Source of the DNA: Phoronis australis
Taxonomy: Eukaryota; Animalia; Phoronida
Assembly: GCA_002633005.1 (NCBI GenBank)
Contig: NMRA01000224.1
Location: forward strand, 462,781-526,780
Length of the DNA: 64,000 nt
Reading direction: 5' to 3'
Shown here: positions 49,195 to 61,843 of the stretch, in pieces
Layout: every line of letters starts with the position of its first letter
Position numbering within the stretch: the first letter of the stretch is position 1
Notes under the pieces: generated by a model
Told to the model about the DNA's origin: nothing
What the model saw: the letters and a program-made list of their open reading frames with translations, nothing else
Databases searched by the model: none
Program-made: the position numbers and the translations under genes

Positions 49195-51191
49195 GTGATA
49201 TTCATCCTCGACACAATTCATTGACCAGTTTCTACTGCCAGTCTGTGGTTTGCTCATCGAAAACGTGTAAAACTTTGCACGAACAACCTTGGAAGATTTT
49301 CAATTTCTAAACAGTTTTCGTGTATTTAAACTTAAACTAGGCTATCGACAACGATACAACCAGAAAAAAAAAGCTACTGCTTAGGGCCTCACACAACACC
49401 ATAGGGCACATGAACATTGATTGACGGTGGGCGACCAGAAGTGGGTGCTTAGTCGAAAATCGTGAAGACCGGGAGGAATAGTCTGAAAATTGCGGGAAAT
49501 TCTAACGACGTCCAGGGTTCCCAGCTTCAGGGGCCCAGAAAACCCTGGCGTACATTCCGTAAACACAACAACCTCGCAAAAACGCAAGCTCGTGCAAGAG
49601 ACTAGGAGCTATTGCAACGCAAATGATCAGGCTCACTCGTGGCCTTCGCGAGATTTATATATCTACGGAACTTAATCCAGCGGTCGGTTTCACGAAAGTT
49701 TTTCTGTTTACCTTAACCCAAAATCGGTACATGTCTAGTAAACGAGATTTAAATTGTACTTATGGCTCTAAAATACTGTTAATAGACCCTATTCCGAATT
49801 CGTTTCAAGACCATGATTGTACTTGAAACCGGATTTCGCACATCGCCTGGCTTTGTTCGACGTAGCCAAAGTTGATGAATTCGCAACAGGCGGAGTGAGC
49901 GCAGCCAGTATGCTCAAATTTTGACCGATGACCGAAACTCGACGTTTTGCTCGCAAAACGGTATTTTCTAAATTTCTGTCCTCGATCTTAGCGCGAAATG
50001 TGGCCTTAAATTTGAGAATTTTTTAGTTCTAAGCCTACTGAGGCTTAATATTTAAAGTCACTTTTCACAAAACAGGCCCTTGAATATAACTTCTAAAATA
50101 GCAAGACCCGTGCTAATTGTGCATCAATAAATAATCATAATGAAATTAATATAAAAGGAAATGCTGTCTCTAGGGGGCGAAACTAGCAATTTAACTGTGG
50201 GGATGCGTCAAACTTAAATGTAATTTGCCTCAGCCAACATGAAGGAGTGGAAATAGGCAACTTCGATTTTAAAGACAAATCAACTGTAACCTTAAGCTGA
50301 TATAAAAGTGGAGTTTCGCAATTTTATCAGACACACACTGTTAACTCAAGCAATTGAGCACCTCAAAGGCATTTTCAGTATTAAAACGCGCATTGCAAAT
50401 TAATTTCATAGGCCACTGAAAGCATTGTTTTTAAGTGTAGTGACATTCTATAACGCAACATTAAGTAGCTCTCAACGTCCAGCTTCCAAGCTCTGAACTA
50501 AATCTTAACTCAAACTCGAAACTGCGGTTGTTTTTCTGTCAATGCTGACTCGACAAAAACCCACACCGAACATTTTTTTGTAAAACTTTCAAACATGGAA
50601 ACTTTTTTGAAAGTTCCCCCAACTTCATCTTCCTTTGCCCAATATTTTCTTTCTTTTCCAACTGAATCAGCAATTATTGGGGAGGTGGCGTCCTGGATAC
50701 CCTCTAGAAGCTACTAACCTGGTTGTATCACTCCGGTTTCTGAAGAAAAGAATCTGGTTGAACATCGATGAGCTAGCGAATGCATTGACGAAGACATATA
50801 CAGTAAGTGCAATAGTGCTTTTTTCAACAAAGCCTGTCACCAAATCTAGCACACATGTATAAACGAAGTCAGACTGCGCGAATTTTTTTCTGTAGACTCC
50901 ATTTGTTGCAACGATCAGTTTTGTTTGAGAGGATAACAAGCTCTGCTTTAGCCTAAAGAAAGATAACAACTACAAGTTGACATCAATCTTTGAAGCAAAT
51001 TATTTTAGTAAGTTGAAAACTAAGAAAAAGTAGTGAGATAGGAAGTGTGACTAGTAACATGTTGATCAAGCTGACACCTAAGGGGTAAAATCAACGACAC
51101 ATGGATTTGGTGGTGCCAACACTGACGAACAACGTGTTGGACGACATGTGCAATACAAGATACGAACTATCTTATAATAGTCAAAGTATAC

Positions 51192-51355
51192 CACATCTGA
51201 GCAAAGACACGTTGACCAAGTTCATCTTAACGTTCATCAGAACTGGCGGGGAATGACACGTGGGCACCAAGTACGGCTTTGAAGAATATCTTTGATAGAG
51301 TGTCAGCAGCCATTCCAATTCGCAATTGCAATGGAATGGATTATTGCCGAGATAC
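51192..51355 (-). CDS. RTK exon: LRR C-terminal cap (YLGNNPFHCNCELEWLL...PTCHSPPVLMNVKMNLVNVSLLRC)
   Basis: cttttacag/gtatac splice sites, 164 nt, phase 2->1. Classic LRRCT N-P-F-x-C-x-C-x-L-x-W-L...C-x-S-P...C. Translated by hand. Confidence 0.88.
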
Positions 51356-51954
51356 CTGTAAAAGAAAATAACGCCATCAACGAGTTATCGCCAAATTTTG
51401 TACTGTTTGTGAGCAAAAACAATCACTTTATATGTTTGTTCATATTCGTAATCTAAAATCCGTTTTATCAAGATCGCATGCCCGTCGGACATTAGATAAT
51501 CGCAACCACCACCAGAAGTGGGAGTGTAGTTCTTTTGGAAATTACCTTCCTGTAGGGTTTCTGGGACGTTCAGTCTTCGGAACTTTACGAACACGGCGGT
51601 AAGGAATTACACCAAAAAGCGCCCTCTGACAGAAAATTATGTAGGAAAAGACGTTCTTTCGTAGGAAATTGTAATTGGAAAAGGCACTATTCCGCCAGAC
51701 ATTACATGTATTTGTTGAAGGACACCTCTCCGCAAGGAGTTATATCGGAAATAACCTTTTCGTAGGGAGTCCTGGCCATGAAGAAAGCCCTCCCGTCTGA
51801 GCGGTACGTCCTACCACGTAACTCGCGTAGTTATGAAATGCCATAATAATATTTTAGGTCAGTACAAACTGGTAATGAACCGAATTCACTCTGGTGCCAC
51901 CGTAAGCGCGCACAAACAGGCCACTACCAGCAAAATCTGCCGGCTGTGACGTCA

Positions 51955-54900
51955 TGTGATTGGCATGATTGGCAGTGTGCTGTCTTGAGAGACAATGGAT
52001 ATGCGCCCTCCGTTAGTCATTTGTTGGACTGCAGCGTTGTCTGTGAATAAAACGTCCGGTTCGATCTAGAGAAGCAGATTCTGTTGCAATTGACACAGGT
52101 GTTCCGATCAGTCAGAACACTAGTCGGTGGGCCAGATCTCATAGCGTTCATCCTTGTGAGTACTTTGGGGGGCAACCTAGTTTTTTCTATGTGGCTAGAT
52201 AATATACCTATAAATCAAATTCCAAAAAGTTCCCACGTCTACACTTGCACATTTTTTTTAAAAAAGGTGTTTTTGTTGCACAAAACATTATGCACATTCC
52301 TGCCACTTGGAGGCGCTTTTCTATTGAATTGACCAATCAGAGAGCCAGATTGTATTGTTGTGCTTAGTTACTTCAATATGGCTGCTCCCATGAAGTGTGA
52401 TGCCTGTATAATTCAAGGTTTATCAAACAGCACAAAATTGTGATGCCAGAGCCTAAAGAAGCATAGGAAAGCTTCCTGACGAAAGCTGTTGGACTGTGGA
52501 ACTCTGTAGATCAATAGATAAAAAAGAAGAAGAGGTGCCACAAACGTTTGTTCTGGAAACAGCTGCATGTTCTGGTATAGCCTATACAGTATACTGCTGA
52601 GTGCTGTCCAAGTGTCAGACCAAAAAATTGAAAGGACTTAGACCAGCATAGCAACGTTTCAAGGCACCAGCAGTAGTACTAAAGCTGAAGTTGCTGAAAG
52701 TGATACAGATGTTACCAAAGATTTCCCAAGAAAATCAATTATACTTCCAAAATCTGAAACACCCAATAAACCTGAACAAGATAGGAACATTCTGAAACAT
52801 GAGTGCATCATTTGTTAGCAAGAAAAGTATATTATGGACCATATTTCAAGAAAGAGAAAGAAGTATAGCTTTGAAAAACAGGTACGTGTTTTTGAAAGGT
52901 ACATCTTGGTGTTCTCCATGTGTGTTTCAGTATTATCACCAGTTGTTCAGCCCCTTGGCTGCCTAGGCCTTAGACAATACCACCGACCCAGTAGAGACGG
53001 TGATCATACCATAGGTACTCCATATGCCGAATGCTTTACGGCAAATTATGTTCCAATAAGTTTAGAAGTACCGCGTAGAGAGATGCCTCTGAGGAGGTCG
53101 TTAATGTTTTCATTTGTTCCCAGTTTAAACAAATACTCCTGCAATCCTGTTTTTCGAACACTCCATTGTTCAGTTGCCACATCAACACTGCTTGCACTAA
53201 GGGATAATCATATGGCGTTACACTGTGGGTGTGATTTTAAAGCACTTTAAGTCAAAAATTTTTGAGAAGTTTAAATGGAGTAGATGGTTGCAAACAACAT
53301 GCCCAAGTGTCCGTCATCCCCTGCCGTAGTCCTGGGATAGGGGGAACCTCTTGTCAATTTTTGTAAACATTAATTACTTTGGTAGCTGCAATGATAATTA
53401 AGTTAAAAGTGCCTAAGTGGCCAAGGTCCTCGTCATAATTTGAGGACAGTGGAAGCCACTGTCCATTTCGTCAAACGTCGATTACCTTAAGTGTAAATCG
53501 ATTGACTATGGTTTGAGCATCTGATTTAAAAAAATTAAATTTCAATCACTGCACTGGTATATCAGCTGATTTATTTTCAGTTGCATCAACTAATCTAGTT
53601 ATTAGACGATCAACATTTTTAGGCGACAGATCCGACGGCATGTAAATTTGTTAGGCTGGTGGTGGATCAGTTCCTGGTAAGTCCGTTTGAAAAAGTTGCT
53701 TGCCAACTCACTCATAGTTGAATGTTAAATTAGTGTTAACAGTTCGTTTTTTTTTCAGTTGGACTTGTATCGCAAGGAACAGCTCAGTCCAGAGCCCTGA
53801 ATAAGCAAATGAAATTCAAAGATAAAGACCTTGTGTCTTAGAAGCCAAGTACCACAGATCGTCATGCTATAAAAAATAGAAAGACAACGATTGTGAAGAG
53901 TGATGAATCCACAGTTTTCAGAGAGGTTTTCCTACAGTTTTGTTTGGAGTTCATTGAATCAAAGCTTCTAACACATGGAGATGTCATTTGCCTTTCAAAA
54001 CTAAAGCAAGACTTTGAAGCTGTTCTTCAGAAAGATGGTGTGCATGAAGCTATTTGGACTGGAAATCTTAAGAAATATTGTTGAAGCTACTCACTGTTGT
54101 AGTTTGTGCCCGACTAAGCGATACGAAAGTGAATTGAGGCTAGTGTTCAATAATTCACTTGCTGACTCTAATTAACACAGCCTATTATAACATATTTTTA
54201 ATCAAACGTTTGCCCAAATCCTGCCCGCCTCCAAACAGGGACTTAGTGTTTGACACTTCATTGCCTGCGGGCCAATCACCAGTGTGCAGTGCTGTACCCT
54301 CTCTAATCGACCATAGTTGGCTCCTTGGCGGTGGAGCTTTGCAGTTTAAATGTATGGCAATGCCCGCATCTCCATTAACAGTACTAAACGATGAACGCTG
54401 CAAGTGCAGAAAGAACATGTGTGCTGGGAAACTGAGTTTGTGCTGCAATGCTGGGTCAAACTGTACAGAAATGTGCAGCAGTGACAACTGTAGTAACATC
54501 AGCAACACTGACTGCATAGCATTGGATACCTCTTTGACAAGTCAACCCTAAATAGACCTCCAACCCCGTTATTTCGTTTTTTTTGTATTAAAAAATTAAT
54601 TTTATTTGTTGATTCAGTCATAGAAAGTACATACTTTGATCATTGTCATGTATTTGCCTCATACTGCTTGATAAACGCTGTCAGAATAATCTATTATTTT
54701 CATACAGTCTGTGCACATTCACAGAGATCATTCAACTATAATGTATTTGTACTATAACGTATTTCTGGTGTATTATGCAAACAAGCTGTATTTTACACCA
54801 TTAATCAATGTTTTAGTCATTGAGGCACAAATTTTGCCCAGTCTCAAGTGTTTTGTGTTATTTTTGTTGCCAGACAATGCCATAATAACTTCCTAGTAAC

Positions 54901-55815
54901 ATTCATACTTAGATTGCATTTTTGCCACTAGGTGTCTCTTTACATTTTTTTAAATTTCACTATTTACAATTAATCTACAATAGTCAAACATGCAATGTGA
55001 GTGCAATATTGTTCAATACAATGGCACTGATGGGACCATATTACTTGCTTTACAAAAAGTCACCAAAACTTGTTTTTACAAATATAAGTTTACTAAGCTC
55101 TTTGGTGATTATCAGGTAACTTCAAACTCTAATTTCTCAAAAATGTGCAACTTTATATGTGGGAACTTTTTATATTTCGAAAACACTCTAATAAATGAAT
55201 TAAAAAACACCAAATTAAAATTGCCCCCTAAAGTGCTCACAAAAACCATTTTCTAGAGGCCCTACAAATTCTGGCCCACCGACTACACCTGTGTTCTTTA
55301 AGTAGTGCCTGTTTATCTTCTCGTCTTTGTTCACTGGTTTTAATGTACTACTGACAGTCGACTTCCACCTGCTGTGATTGGAGAACACAGCTTCTCAGTC
55401 TGCGACAGTGATGTTTCCCGTCTTCAGATTGCGCTTGCAAACATCTTTGCAACGAAGCACGGGTCTTCCTGCAGGTCTGGTTCCGGTGGCGAGTTCACCA
55501 CAAAGTATATCCATCGTTCATGTGCCTTACGTGGCCAAGCCAACAAAAGCGCCTCTAGGTAAGCATTGCGTACGTACTAAGCAGTGCCGCCTGAGTTTGA
55601 ATTTTGTTGTAAGAGACATGGTCCCTCCATTTGATGCAGAGTACTGTTCTCAGGCAGCACAAAGAGTTGAGTCTGCGCTCTTGACGGGGGTGTATAGGGA
55701 TCATGATTCGCTGCTGTATAAGAGAATGCTAAGGACGCAAGCTTGGTAGACGTTCATCCTGTTGTTGATTTGTCAGCATACAATTTTCCTAGACCTTTTC
55801 AAAATAGAGCACGGC
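51955..55815 (-). mobile_element. RTE-clade LINE 3' fragment split by the Academ insertion (parts 51955-52120 and 55286-55815)
   Basis: 'VYQACVLSILLY', 'GELATGTRPAGRP.LR.KDVCKRNLK', then after the insertion the C-terminal 'CVNCNRICFSR'. An RTE-like 3' end reads atccattgtctctcaagacag..tgcc. Confidence 0.75.
52121..55285 (+). mobile_element. Non-autonomous Academ-type element, copy B (complete ends, internally deleted ORF)
   Basis: Termini TAGTCGGTGGGCCAGA ... TCTGGCCCACCGACTA, long imperfect TIR and 3-bp TSD CAC/CAC. Residual N-terminal coding remains, plus C-terminal 'CKCRKNMCAGKLSLCCNAGSNCTEMCSSDNC'. No DDE or XPG core. Confidence 0.9.
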
Positions 55816-55850
55816 TGCTTGAAAACACAAAAATGTAACCACTTACTTAC

Positions 55851-55898
55851 ACAATTGGGAGAATATTGAGGTGGCCATTGAACTTTCGCACCCCTTCG
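55851..55898 (-). CDS. Candidate small RTK ectodomain exon (EGVRKFNGHLNILPIV)
   Basis: tttacag/gtaagt splice sites, 48 nt, phase 2->2. It yields 'LPIVYLGNNPF' when joined to the LRRCT exon. Confidence 0.55.
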
Positions 55899-56611
55899 CT
55901 GTAAATTTAACTAACCGCAATTACGTAAATCCGACCGGCGTAATCCGTACTTAAATTATTCACAAACCATTTTAATGAATTATATCTCTGTAAAATTTAA
56001 GATAGGAAGCTTTAAGATTCGACTGGGTTTACGACCTTTGATATAACAGAACGCTAGAAGCCAAAAGTACTTCTGTGAAATACAATGTCTTAATCATTGC
56101 CATTAAATGGGAAGGTATCCAGTTAGAGTTATTTTTTGACCAAAGCGCGATTTTCTGTTCCACATAATTTTTCAAGTTACTGCTTATAAATGTGCCACAC
56201 CGGAAGTGACATTCGCTTCCCAAATCATTCCTGCCACACTTGTTCATTTGTGAAATGATTCACTTTGGACATACGTTGAGTCTATACTATTTTTCCAAAA
56301 GTGCCATGGATATTTGCCTTCGACCTGTATTCTCACACACTCCTAGATTGGCTAAGACCTCAGGTGAATGGGAGTCTTTGTTTGGTTTGCACTGAACAGA
56401 AAATGGCTGGGAGTCATGTACCAAAAACACAAATCACGTACATTATGAATATCCGTTGTTGCTTGCCATGAACGCCAGGGTAACTTAATTATCTTGAAAG
56501 TATAGCTGGATAAAGAATTCAAGTTAAAAAAATCACGATTTTACCAAAAATGGCAGTAAAAACGGTTGCCTTCCCATCCACGCTTTTGCGGTGGGATAAG
56601 TTCTCACAGCA

Positions 56612-56852
56612 AATAATAATAATAACAACAACAACAATAATAATAATAATAACAAGAAGAAAAAATTAGTAATGATAATTATTGTTAAAATAATAATAAC
56701 AATAATAACAATAATAATAATAATAATAATAACGATAATAGTAATAGTTATTGCAGTAGTAAAAAAGTAAAAGTAATAGTAATAGTAATAGTAATAATAG
56801 TAATAGTAATAGTAATAATGATAGTAATAGCAATAGTAATACTAATAATAAT
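56612..56852. repeat. Compound (AAT/AAC/AGT)n microsatellite
   Basis: Direct inspection. Confidence 0.95.
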
Positions 56853-57215
56853 TGACACAAGAAACGGGCAAAGTATTATCTTTGTGAGCTAGATATAGTA
56901 AAGTTTAAAGTTAATGAACAAGTGGTCGGTAAATAATTGTCGAAAAGGTCTCGTGACAAATCACTCGGTGCAAACAAAAGTTCACTAAAGTACATGTACG
57001 CTCGAGCAGAATTTGTTTGCTCAGCCCACAAGTGCATTTAACAACTGAATGAATCCAATCAATGCTCATCGAAACTTCAGATAAAAGCGAGGAAGCGTGC
57101 AGATTCTAATTATTTGACTTACATAGGCATGGAATCTCCTTGAAACAATGTGGTGATGACTTCCTTTAAACTGTGGTCGATCGTAGAGATTGTATTGTTT
57201 TCTAAATGACTGAAA

Positions 57216-57345
57216 AACAACACAGAGCGCAAACGTTACATGGTAACTGGGAATGCACGTTACTATGGGTCAACATTTGAACAACACAGAGCGCAAACGT
57301 TACATGGTAACTGGGAATGCACGTTACTATGGGTCAACATTTGAA
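57216..57345. repeat. Perfect 64-bp tandem duplication, followed by a (CAT)n(CAG)n microsatellite at 57365-57413
   Basis: aacaacacagagcgcaaacgttacatggtaactgggaatgcacgttactatgggtcaacatttg occurs twice in tandem. Confidence 0.9.
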
Positions 57346-57371
57346 TGTAAAACTTGTAGTATTATCAGCAT

Positions 57372-57413
<42 letters not shown>

Positions 57414-58032
57414 TGATAATAGTAATTATACTAAATTTAAAATTGTTCTCTGAAAGCGGGGTCCATAACAATCGAGTAAACACAAACTGGTTTAACGTTT
57501 TACAAAGTTCAATTTGAGGATTCAATTCATTTTATAATTTTCCAGCTCTGAAGTGAAAGCAATGTTTACAGTAAATGGTAATATTTTCCTCATACTTTGC
57601 GCTTGTAAACGACAACCTCGTTTAGGCACCGTGCTCGAAACAAGGTAAGGTGACAGAAATACAAATGATTGGGCTGTAACGCGAAACTCTTTGTACATTG
57701 CATTTGAGCAAAGCAAATCACAGGCTCATACTGCCTCTTTGGCTACTCTGTCGACGAGGGAAGTCCCAGGTTATGTCACGTACATTACAAATAACACCCT
57801 CTGAACCAAAGCTGGTTCAAAAAGAAGTACATTTTTGTCAATAATTCTTTCTTTGAGAGTTTTAAGCATTTGGGTCACAGTCGGGTGCTTTTGCATGCAC
57901 GCAAGTGGAGAGCATGCCTCCTCTATGTATATATTTCATGCTAATGAAAATATTGTATTCAAAAGATCATTAGATAATCATGCCATAGAATGTTATGTTT
58001 ATTTAAAATATCATTAGGTTTTGAACACTTAC

Positions 58033-58101
58033 ATGACCATTTTAGTGAAGCCAGGCATTTCAATATCTGGAATGGTTCTTAGGAAGTTGTTGTTGAGCAT
58101 T
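58033..58101 (-). CDS. RTK exon: single leucine-rich repeat (MLNNNFLRTIPDIEMPGFTKMV)
   Basis: ttgcag/gtaagt splice sites, 69 nt, phase 2->2 (typical one-LRR-per-exon layout), LxxNxLxxIP motif. Confidence 0.8.
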
Positions 58102-58597
58102 CTGCAACGGAAATAAATAATCTTTGGATTAAGCACAAAACAATGGAAGCTTTTGGAAGCTTCTCCATTTGTATATACATGAGTGTATACTATAACGCAA
58201 CGGATTCGAGAGACAATTACGGCTAAAAATCCTGGGTTATGAAACGGGAGTTGTAAATTTACTCCCATAATTCAACTTTCCAGCCTTACCATTCAATCAT
58301 TCTTTTGGAGGCCATATTGGTATTAAAGTCCAGACAATACTTGCCAAACATTCGGTTTTTACTTGCATGACTACGTGATCTTGCTTGTTTGCGCCAAACT
58401 CGTATCATGCGCATCGAAAGGCTTTTCCAGGATGCACATGTAGTCATTAATTTTGTTAAATTTGTTGAACGACCGTACGTTTGACATTTTCAGAAGTCGG
58501 CAGACAGAAAATGGTAGATGAAAGGTAACGTTGTCAGATTTCTGTCCATTCAAGTATTTCCGGTGGCGAACGGAGACAGTTGGCGCCAGCTGCATTG

Positions 58598-58880
58598 ATG
58601 TATGTATGTATGTATGTATGTATGTATGCATGTATGTATGTATGTATGTATGTATGCATGTATGTATGTATGAATGTATGTATGTATGTACGTATGCATG
58701 TATGTATGTATGAATGTATGTATGTATGTATGAATGCATGTATGTATGTATGAATGTATGCATGTATGTATGTATGTATGCATGTATGTATGCATGTATG
58801 TATGTATGTATGAATGTATGTATGTATGTATGTATGCCCTTGTGGATGTATATGTACGTGTGAATGCAAGTATATATGTG
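58598..58880. repeat. (TATG)n microsatellite
   Basis: Direct inspection. It accounts for the HTYI-repeat ORFs in the track. Confidence 0.97.
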
Positions 58881-58959
58881 TATATGTATGTTTATATGCA
58901 AAATTAGTTGAGTGCACGACACTTGTCGTTATTAACTGTCTTTATTCCGTTACGTTCGT

Positions 58960-60210
58960 ATTCTCGGAACAAAGTTCGACCACCTGCACTAGCATAGTAC
59001 TATTTCACCATATAAATTGCAAATTGTCTCAACACAAAGATGGTGTGAGCATGGGCTTTCCCACTTTTTCGGAATTTTATATGTCTGAAGTGGAAAAAAG
59101 GGCAATGTGACTGGTGGTATTTCTATCTATATACTACAATACGTGGATGATATTTTTGTTTATTGCGCTTTTGACGAGTTGTTGATGAAGTTGAGCGTCA
59201 CTCTGTATTGAAGTTCACCCACGAGCTTCCTGTAAGTGAAAAAAGTCCGTCTTTGGACATGTTTGTCAACCATTCTCCATTTGAATTTCTACATCAGTTT
59301 ATCACAAGCATACTGATAAAGGTTTCTGTCTTCACGCCAAAAGTAAGTGCCAACTTCCTAGAGATGGCGTATTTGGTGTTCAGTCAAGAGGTAGATCGTA
59401 TAAGACAAACCCTGGAGAATAATGGCTTCACCAATACTTTTGAAGACCGTCATATTAGTAGATGCATGACCAAAATTAATTGTGAATCCATTGCACGTCG
59501 GACCTGTGTGACCAAAAAGGTATCTTACAAAAATGTCATGTCCAATAACTACCTCCATGACGAACACGCCGTTAAAAACGTCATCAGGGATAATGTTAGT
59601 TTGTAAGCCCGATGATAATGTCGATGTCATTTACTTACTTAATATTTTAGGAATAGGAAGTTCTCCAAATTCGTCATGAAAAATAACATTTCCAAAGCAA
59701 AAGTCCGTCCCGTCAGTTGCCCAGTGTAGTGTTTTTATGAGTTTGTATGCCCTATGAAAAAATATCGTCGTTAAAATGTCAAGCAATGATACATTGGTCA
59801 AACGGTTTGCTATCTTTCCCGTAAGTTATCTATGCATCTTCAAAATGGCGCCATCCAAAAACAGTTTCTGCATTATCGTGAACGTAAAAACACCCGTTAA
59901 GAAATTGTGGAAAACACGCCAATTCGGTGCGTAAAGCACGATGTGTTGTGATTGAAAGTATTGGAGTCTTTTGATTGCATTTGAGAAGCCTGTTTTAAAT
60001 GAGCAGTAAACAGAGTCGCGTCGCACGCTACACTTAACTCGTTTGCGTGACTTTCCTGTTACCCCATCCACTTTTCATTCTTTGCAGTATTTCGCACCTG
60101 CAGTGTCCCACTGTGTACGTTTCCAGTTGTTGCTCTGTGGTGGTATTAGTGTGTCATTTTATTTCCACTTGAGAATGAAACAAGAATGTTTCGAAATATC
60201 GTGTGTATTT
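58960..60210 (+). mobile_element. Degenerate Penelope-like retroelement (RT, GIY-YIG, hammerhead-like 3' motif)
   Basis: 'QHKDGVSMGFP...FYMSEVEK', 'YVDDIF', 'KFTHE', 'YEFVCP...YIGQT'. A motif cac-ttgagaa-tgaaac-aagaat-gtttc-GAAA-tatc-gtg lies at ~60166-60205. Confidence 0.75.
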
Positions 60211-60369
60211 TAATCATGTCTCTTGTCAGTTGCTTTACCAATATTCTGTTCAGTGTCGAGGATACGAACGGAACTCTAATGACAAGAACGACAACTGTCG
60301 TGTATTCAGCCAATTTTGAATAACAGGAAACTTGCTCCCAAAGTACAGCCAGTATATGTGTATGTAAAC

Positions 60370-60670
60370 CTTTACATGTAGAACAAAAGAATCTGTTCGC
60401 AGACCAGGAGACGTCTCAAAACTAATAAACGCAATAAAGTCGTTCCAAAATATTTCCAGTTGCCAAGAAACGAGTGTTTCGTCAAATCTGGCAATTGTTG
60501 AACTTTAGAAACAAAACTTCCAAGCGGCCCAAGAAAATCTTTAGCTTCCTACCAACTTGAGGTGACAACTTCTCCATCCAATCCATTGCTTCCATAGTTT
60601 GGTTTCTCGAATTTTGCTGATAATTATCTCCAAATAAGGTCAAATGAAATTTCAATTTACATAACAAACC
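60370..60670 (-). pseudogene. Possible degenerate LRR-coding segment
   Basis: 'LGRLEVLFLKFN' continues after a 1-nt frameshift as 'LPDLTKHSFLG', reconstituting LxxLxxLxLxxNxLxxL....F.G. No clean splice sites defined. Confidence 0.35.
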
Positions 60671-61138
60671 AAATTGTTATCACAGTTCCGTTGTTCTGAA
60701 TGTCATTTCTTCTAGTGAAATTGGTGTTTGTTTAGAGTGACCCACCGCAGTGGAGAGCCGTAGTAATTCTCATTGTCACAACTCTAAGAAAACTATTATA
60801 CTATACTTACAGATAATTTAGGCGAAAACCCTTTACTATGCGAATGTTTGCTAAAAGAGTGTTGGCGACATCTGTGGTGAGTTGATTCCCTCCAAGTTCA
60901 AGTGATCGCAAAGATGACGTCACTCCGGTGAAGGCAGATGGCGCTATCTCGCCTATTCTGTTATTTGATAGCTGGCTAACAAAAATAAAATTGTCTTCAG
61001 ATCATAACTGTTAAAATCCGATTTTGGTCTATCAACAGACATTAGAAACGATTTTCTCATTCAGTTTTTGAAACAATACTCTGCAACCTTCAAAAGCTTG
61101 TCGCAAAATTAAAAAAATCCTTACATCAGCTAGGTCTG

Positions 61139-61288
61139 GCGTGCGTTCAGTAACGCTAGGACCTACGCTAGGACCTAGCTAAAATCTAGTTTTAGTCACG
61201 TGCTCTCACTTAAAATACACGGAAATATCTCGTGTAATCTCGCGAAGTCTTGCTTGTTAGCGAGGTCCTAGCGTTACTGAACGGGAGG
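61139..61288. mobile_element. Second copy of the ~140-bp Harbinger-like MITE
   Basis: Matches 3553-3691 and is flanked by CTG/CAG. Confidence 0.8.
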
Positions 61289-61843
61289 CAGTTACACGAC
61301 AACTGCAGGGGAAAGCCGGTCAATATCCAATCTAGGTGGCACATAGAGTAAATGGTTTTAGTTGAACTCTGCTTTTATAGTTTAAGATAGAAAAAATTTC
61401 CCGAAACGTGTCCCTCCCAGTTGGATAAGTAATTACCTGATCTTCGGTGACAATGGACTTAGCCTAAATCTTTTAAATAAAAAACCCACGTTCGCACAAA
61501 CTTGATCATTTTTGTATTGAACCAATCTGGGTATATTATTTGCCCATCTACGTAAATCATATCCACAAAAGGTAATTAGATACAGTTTGCTAAAAAGCTG
61601 TCTTTGTTTTACGACATTGTCTAATTTACAAAACATTTGAATATCATTTCTTACTTCAAGTATCATAGGATTAAGAAATGTTTGTTTTGGGTTCATTTTC
61701 TGTTATTACAGTGGTAAATAATATTGCGTCACGTCAAATTCCGTAATGACGTCATGCAGAGAAATAGGCGAACACAAGTGTCAACAATAGTGGAGTGAGA
61801 ATTTTAGAAGTGCTGCCCGGGTCACTGACGAAAATACATGTCA

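Noticed and set aside
49381-50090. Possible TIR element (agggcct...aggccct)
   Set aside because: Only 7 bp of inverted match and no consistent TSD.
54159-54551. Host tesmin/TSO1-like CXC gene
   Set aside because: It lies within TIR- and TSD-bounded Academ copy B and is the transposon's C-terminal Cys finger remnant.
56666-57525. Poly-Leu/Tyr and poly-Ser/Ala/Asp ORFs
   Set aside because: These are trinucleotide microsatellite artefacts.
58371-58922. His/Thr/Tyr/Ile-rich ORFs
   Set aside because: These are translations of the (TATG)n microsatellite.
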